From NCBI GenBank assembly GCA_964236955.1, contig CAXSGP010000088.1, forward strand, positions 1 to 20,224: a stretch of 20,224 nucleotides of DNA. Reading direction: 5' to 3'. Of this stretch, positions 15,652-20,224 are shown piece after piece (position 1 is the stretch's first letter; every line of letters starts with the position of its first letter). Origin of the DNA: an uncultured Oligoflexus sp. GTDB lineage: Bacteria; Bdellovibrionota_B; Oligoflexia; Oligoflexales; Oligoflexaceae. The notes under the pieces are model-generated. The model was not told the DNA's origin. It saw only the letters and a list, made by a program, of their open reading frames with translations, and searched no databases. The position numbers and the translations under genes were made by a program.

Positions 15652-16542
15652 TCAGAGGCCCGCTTCGGCCATGACCTCGATTGCGTGCTTTTGAGCGCTA
15701 TTGAGGTCTTTTATCACATCGAGGTCGACGACCGCATAGAGATCGCCGGCGGCACCGCCAGCAATGGGAAAGCCCAAGCCACGCAATCGCACCTTGGTGC
15801 CTGCCTTCACTCCGGCCGGCACCTTGATCGTTTTAGGGCCTTCCGGTGTGTTGACGGCTTTACTTGCACCGAGAAACGCTTCGGAAACTTTCAGCTTGAG
15901 GGTCACCTCTATATTGTCATCGAGCCGTTTAAATTCGGGATGCTCGAGCACGTTGACGATGACGTAAAGATCACCCGGTTGCCCGCCGCTTCGTGAGGGC
16001 GCTCCCCGCCCTCCGACGCGAAGTTTGGAGCCTGTCTTTACGCCTTTGGGAATTTTAATTGTCATTTCCCGTTCGGTGCCATCACTGAGCTTAAAGGAAA
16101 TAGGCTTTTCCACTCCTTTATAGGCATCGAGAAAGCCGATGCTGACGGGAAACTCAACGTCCTGGCCTTTGGCTGGTCCCTGCTGGCCGAAACCGCCGGC
16201 GCGTGGGCCGCCGCCGCCTCCAAAAAAGCTGGAAAAGAAGCTGTTTCTGCCACCCAGGCCCATTTCATCGAAGATCGAAGAGAAGTCGGTGCCACGGAAT
16301 ATATCTTCCGAACTGTATTGCTGGTGGAATCGAGAATCACCTACGGTATCGTACTGGCGCTTCTTTTCCGTATCGGAAAGCACGGCATACGCTTCGTTAA
16401 TTTTTTTAAATTTTTCTTCCGCCGATTTATCGTCGGGATTACGATCGGGGTGGTATTGCATGGCCAATTTGCGATAGGCTTTTTTGATTTCAGGCTCGCT
16501 GGCGGTCTTGGCAACCCCAAGTATATCGTAATAATTTTCCAC
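15652..16542 (-). CDS. Class II DnaJ / CbpA-like co-chaperone (no zinc finger)
   Basis: GTG start; J domain with HPD (YHPDRN); G/F-rich region; DnaJ_C (GDLYV, GDLYA); no CxxCxGxG repeats. Confidence 0.93.
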   Translation of the reverse strand: MENYYDILGVAKTASEPEIKKAYRKLAMQYHPDRNPDDKSAEEKFKKINEAYAVLSDTEKKRQYDTVGDSRFHQQYSSEDIFRGTDFSSIFDEMGLGGRNSFFSSFFGGGGGPRAGGFGQQGPAKGQDVEFPVSIGFLDAYKGVEKPISFKLSDGTEREMTIKIPKGVKTGSKLRVGGRGAPSRSGGQPGDLYVIVNVLEHPEFKRLDDNIEVTLKLKVSEAFLGASKAVNTPEGPKTIKVPAGVKAGTKVRLRGLGFPIAGGAAGDLYAVVDLDVIKDLNSAQKHAIEVMAEAGL

Positions 16543-16629
16543 GGTTAACCCCTATGACTGCGACACTTACCTCAAGTCCTTAGGCAATATGCGGCTGAAA
16601 GTATGAAAGTCAAGCCCAGTCAGCTTAAT

Positions 16630-16658
16630 AGCGTGATACAATCACAGCGTGACACAAT
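16630..16658 (+). promoter_or_regulatory. 13-bp direct repeat overlapping an extended -10 element
   Basis: AGCGTGATACAAT (16630-16642) and AGCGTGACACAAT (16646-16658); TGaTACAAT at 16634-16642. Confidence 0.55.
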
Positions 16659-16730
16659 GAAAGCTTATTTTGCCCTATGGCGCTGGAATATGGGGCACTT
16701 TGGCCTTCGATTTGCTTGGTTTGAGGATAT

Positions 16731-17201
16731 ATGGGGTATCGGGCTCGCCTATTATGCTTGGGCTTGGGTTTTTTTCTTGTGACCCTGCTCCTTTTCTATG
16801 CAGCGTTTCATCAGCTCTATCTTCGTGGGATGCAGGCCGAAGCCAAGCTCATGACGAGCTACCTTCATACTCTCGAGCGCGTTTACAAAATCGAAAATAA
16901 ACGCTTTGTTTATTGGTCCGAGCCCTATGGCGCTATGCAGCTGGGGGTCGACAACTGTAGGCAGCCGGCAGCTGCTGCGGAAGTCGGATTCACAGTTCCG
17001 GGTTGCCATCGGGAGCAGGCGCCTTTGCCTCGCTATTCGTTTCGTGTTCTAAGGGATGCCACTGGGGATCGATTGCAAGTCGAGGCTCGGTCCGGTAGCG
17101 ACGCTCTGGGTCGGAGCTTTGTCTGTTTCGATGCGAAGGGGCATGACCTTTGGCAAAGTTCACAAAATCTTGAGTTTGCCCCTATCGAATCCTGCTGGTA
17201 G
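16731..17201 (+). CDS. Type IV pilin-like protein with degenerate N-terminus
   Basis: GAGG RBS; hydrophobic helix followed by QAEAKLMTSYLHTLERVYKIENKRF and EVGF, resembling delta-proteobacterial PilA; four Cys in the globular domain. Confidence 0.7.
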   Translation: MGYRARLLCLGLGFFLVTLLLFYAAFHQLYLRGMQAEAKLMTSYLHTLERVYKIENKRFVYWSEPYGAMQLGVDNCRQPAAAAEVGFTVPGCHREQAPLPRYSFRVLRDATGDRLQVEARSGSDALGRSFVCFDAKGHDLWQSSQNLEFAPIESCW

Positions 17202-17234
17202 CCTCCGTCTAAAAAAATGAACAGACAGCTTTTC

Positions 17235-17262
17235 TCAATGAAGTAGCTAATTAAGCCGAAAC
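17235..17262 (+). promoter_or_regulatory. Putative sigma28 (FliA) promoter
   Basis: TCAAT-N15-GCCGAAAC, same spacing as the 6899 element, upstream of the CheA-like gene. Confidence 0.55.
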
Positions 17263-17297
17263 TCTTGGCGACAGGTAATACTTTAAGCTTGGCTGCT

Positions 17298-19913
17298 ATG
17301 ACAAAGACGAAAAGCACAATTCAGGCCCTCTCCAGTCTAAAATTCCTTGCCGGAGTTTTGGCAACCAATTTTGTGTTGGCGGCGTTCTGGATATCGGCCC
17401 CGGCCGAGAGTTGGGTCCGGGGCGTGGGACTGGTCGGCAGTTTCCTCATACTCGTCAAAGCAGCCAAAAAAATTTGGGAATATAAACTCTCGCAATACCA
17501 GGTAGCTGTTCCGGCAGCAGAAGTGAAAAAAACGCCGCACGATGAGCTTGAAAGGTTCGTCGTTGAACAGCTGCAGTTTGCCGTCATATCAGTCGGACCT
17601 GACCTTGACTATCAACTTGAAACCAAGACGGTTCCGGCAGCGATGGGCAGCTGGCGGATGTGGGAACGCCAGGACCTTGGTGAGCTTCTCCGATCGGTCA
17701 CAAGTCTGCCAAGCAAAGACATCGATCTCCTTAAATTTCAGCTCCGCCTGGCCTTTGGAATGGATCATATCCAATGGCAGGTCACGGCCTTGGGATTGCC
17801 ACGCGAAGCTATGCTCAAGGTTGCTCACGGTCACTACGTTCGCATGAGTTATGTGCCTCAGTTCGAAAATGGGCTCCTGGCAAAGGTGCGCATGGTCATG
17901 CAGGATATTTCTGAGATCAAGCAGCGCGAAGAACAGGCGAATACCCAGCGTAAGGAAATGGAAAAATTTTTCGCGCTTCTGCAGGTATCCGACTCCCTCT
18001 TTGAACTCTTTATGGGGGAATCACGACGGCTTTTTGATGATATTCGTAACGATCTAAAACTTCTTAAGAATTCGTCGGTCGAAGCGGCCCGCGATCATGC
18101 TTCGCGCCTGTTCCGGGCCGTGCATACCATCAAAGCCAATGCCCGACTCTTTAAGCTCGACAGCATTCAGGATGTGGCTCACCATGTGGAAACCTATCTC
18201 GATGATTTGCGGCAGGGCAAGATCAAGATCAATCCCAACACGCTTCAGGAGCTGACACTGCGGATGCAGTCGATCAGCGAGGAAATCTATTCCTATGCGA
18301 GTTTGCGCAAGGAGATCCTCAATACTGCGAATCGCAACTCCGGTATCAACCTCCGGTACCGAGTCCAGTGGGTGCGTTCTTTGATGAGTCAGTTTGCTAC
18401 TCTCATCAGTGATCCTGTGATTGAAAAAGAACCGCTAGCACTGATCCAAAAGGAATTCAGTCGGGCGATGTCGAGTTTTGATCGTTCGTCTCTAAGGGAC
18501 TATATCCGTGGCTATGATGCGATGCTGCAGGAGATGGGATCGGAGTTGGGCAAGGAAGTCGTGCTTCTGACTGATGTGGAATTCCACCACTTTGATTCGA
18601 TTATCCTGACTCGCATCAATGACATTCTTCTGCATTGCATGCGGAATGCCATCGATCATGGAATCGAGCTGCCGGATCAAAGAGAAGCTCTTGGAAAACC
18701 TCGGAAAGGTACGATATCAATTGCGACTCACGAACGCAATGGTATGGTCGAGGTCGTCCTTAAAGATGATGGTCGTGGGATCGATGTCGAAAAAGTCCGG
18801 CTGCGAGCGATAGAACTGGGGATTCTCAAGCAGGATCAGGCACGGATGATGAGCGACGAGGACATCGTGCCTTTGCTCTTCAACGTCGGCGTCTCGACTT
18901 CAACCACAGTCACGGAAATATCGGGTCGTGGCCTGGGTATGGACGTCGTCCGCGATGCGATCTATGGAATGAACGGTCAGCTAAAGCTGGCTTTTGAAAA
19001 GAACCAATCGACAACGATCTCGTTTCTCATTCCAACCTCGACCGAAGATTATATGGCTCCGCTTGCGATCCATGATATTCGCATCCTGATCGAGGATGCT
19101 CTGAGAGAGTATAAGAAAGACTCGGGATTCACCGTGGCTTTTGAGTCGGGCCTCCTGGGTCAGACGACAGTGTTTGCCGATCGTGCGGTTCTTTATGAAG
19201 CCATGCTCTTAAGCTTTCGCGAAATGGGGCCGCGCCTTAAGCCAGGCCGTCCGGTGCACGTGTCGATTGAAGAGCATTTAGGCAAGAGAAAGGTTGATAG
19301 TTTTGTTTTCTATCGCCTCAAAATCGGCGATCCGATGGAAAAGCTTGTGGCCGAGCAGAAAACGAAATCTTTTGATCGGGCAACTGAACTGATCAGACGG
19401 TGCAGTGGATCGCTTTACGTCAAAAATCGCTCGGCGATTGAAATCAATATTCCCTCAAATATTCCGGTGCCCTTTGCAGACTATAACTTCAAGGTTTTGA
19501 TCTATTCGTCGCGCTCCAAAGGTTATGATCTGCAGGTTGAGCACTTTTTTAAAATGGTGATGGGCGGGTGGCATTATAAGTTCTATTGCATTAGCGATGC
19601 GGTGAGCCTGCCACCTGAACTGAATTCGGCAGCCTGCCTTGTGCTCCTTGATAGCCAGCATATCGAGACCTATGTTGCCACACGGACGGAAAAGGACAGG
19701 TCGCGCGACGGGATCATCCTCTTTTCGCAGGAAAATCTTGACATCGATACTCTCAATGAGACCGGAATTCTGCCGGAAAATCTGCTTTTCGCTCCGCCTT
19801 TGTTTGATGAAAAACACCTTTATCGATGTCTGGTCTCGATTATTTTTCGACGCTTTCTCAAGGAAATGGTTCGGGAGAAGAATGAGGCTCAGGAGATTCG
19901 TAAGGCATCGTGA
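17298..19913 (+). CDS. Membrane-anchored CheA-like histidine kinase (Hpt + class II HATPase) without CheW domain
   Basis: Two N-terminal TMs; Hpt LFRAVHTIKANA; HCMRNAIDHGIE; DDGRGID; VTEISGRGLGMDVV. Start placed at ATG 17298 (TTG 17265 is an alternative). Confidence 0.88.
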   Translation: MTKTKSTIQALSSLKFLAGVLATNFVLAAFWISAPAESWVRGVGLVGSFLILVKAAKKIWEYKLSQYQVAVPAAEVKKTPHDELERFVVEQLQFAVISVGPDLDYQLETKTVPAAMGSWRMWERQDLGELLRSVTSLPSKDIDLLKFQLRLAFGMDHIQWQVTALGLPREAMLKVAHGHYVRMSYVPQFENGLLAKVRMVMQDISEIKQREEQANTQRKEMEKFFALLQVSDSLFELFMGESRRLFDDIRNDLKLLKNSSVEAARDHASRLFRAVHTIKANARLFKLDSIQDVAHHVETYLDDLRQGKIKINPNTLQELTLRMQSISEEIYSYASLRKEILNTANRNSGINLRYRVQWVRSLMSQFATLISDPVIEKEPLALIQKEFSRAMSSFDRSSLRDYIRGYDAMLQEMGSELGKEVVLLTDVEFHHFDSIILTRINDILLHCMRNAIDHGIELPDQREALGKPRKGTISIATHERNGMVEVVLKDDGRGIDVEKVRLRAIELGILKQDQARMMSDEDIVPLLFNVGVSTSTTVTEISGRGLGMDVVRDAIYGMNGQLKLAFEKNQSTTISFLIPTSTEDYMAPLAIHDIRILIEDALREYKKDSGFTVAFESGLLGQTTVFADRAVLYEAMLLSFREMGPRLKPGRPVHVSIEEHLGKRKVDSFVFYRLKIGDPMEKLVAEQKTKSFDRATELIRRCSGSLYVKNRSAIEINIPSNIPVPFADYNFKVLIYSSRSKGYDLQVEHFFKMVMGGWHYKFYCISDAVSLPPELNSAACLVLLDSQHIETYVATRTEKDRSRDGIILFSQENLDIDTLNETGILPENLLFAPPLFDEKHLYRCLVSIIFRRFLKEMVREKNEAQEIRKAS

Positions 19914-20129
19914 GTGAGAAGATGGGTAATGTGAGTCATAGTTGAATGCCAGCAAAAATGATTAAGACTTAACGGGAGCGTTACATTTTTCGTTTTTGAC
20001 AATAACAGATCAGGTCCTGGTGCCCCAGTGTACATGGGCTCTTTAAGGTTTCTGGCCTTCGCTTCGAATTCAAGGTTTCGTCCTGGCAAACCGTAACCTC
20101 CTTTTCAGGCATTTTACCTGGAGCTTCGG

Positions 20130-20224
20130 CTACTCAGTGGCCACGTAGCTGACGATGGCATCCTGGACGGATCGATTCACCTGACGTTGAGACTCCACTG
20201 AACAGGCGACGAAGCGATCGAGAT
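20130..20224 (-). CDS. 3' end of a gene entering from beyond the window (partial)
   Basis: Minus frame open from the window edge: LDRFVACSVESQRQVNRSVQDAIVSYVATE*; short, so weakly supported. Confidence 0.4.
   Translation of the reverse strand, partial: LDRFVACSVESQRQVNRSVQDAIVSYVATE

Noticed and set aside
1..20224. CRISPR array, tRNA/rRNA, IS element, prophage or defence genes
   Set aside because: No spaced direct repeats, cloverleafs, terminal inverted repeats, transposase, integrase or phage proteins were seen.

Overview
Bacterial chromosomal window of moderate GC. Gene content (GYF-PilZ protein, CheW-less CheA-like kinase, delta-type pilin-like protein, DUF3108 protein, rpsA-lapA-rsmB) suggests Bdellovibrionota/Oligoflexia or a related delta-proteobacterial lineage (inference). 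The left ~6.2 kb is accessory-like. It holds a HAMP histidine kinase and a sigma54 activator, followed by a sigma54 promoter and two paralogous uncharacterised tandem-repeat proteins, then an AT-rich patch with an orphan CheY-like gene, an SRPBCC gene and a histidine-kinase remnant. The rest looks core-like: HEAT-repeat protein, GYF-PilZ gene plus a helical protein, rpsA, lapA, rsmB, a catalytically degenerate PLD-like protein, a lipoprotein, DUF3108 protein, class II DnaJ, a degenerate type IV pilin-like gene and an atypical CheA-like kinase. Two sigma28-like promoters precede the PilZ and CheA-like genes. No rRNA, tRNA, CRISPR array or transposase was seen. All family calls are by eye; no searches were run.
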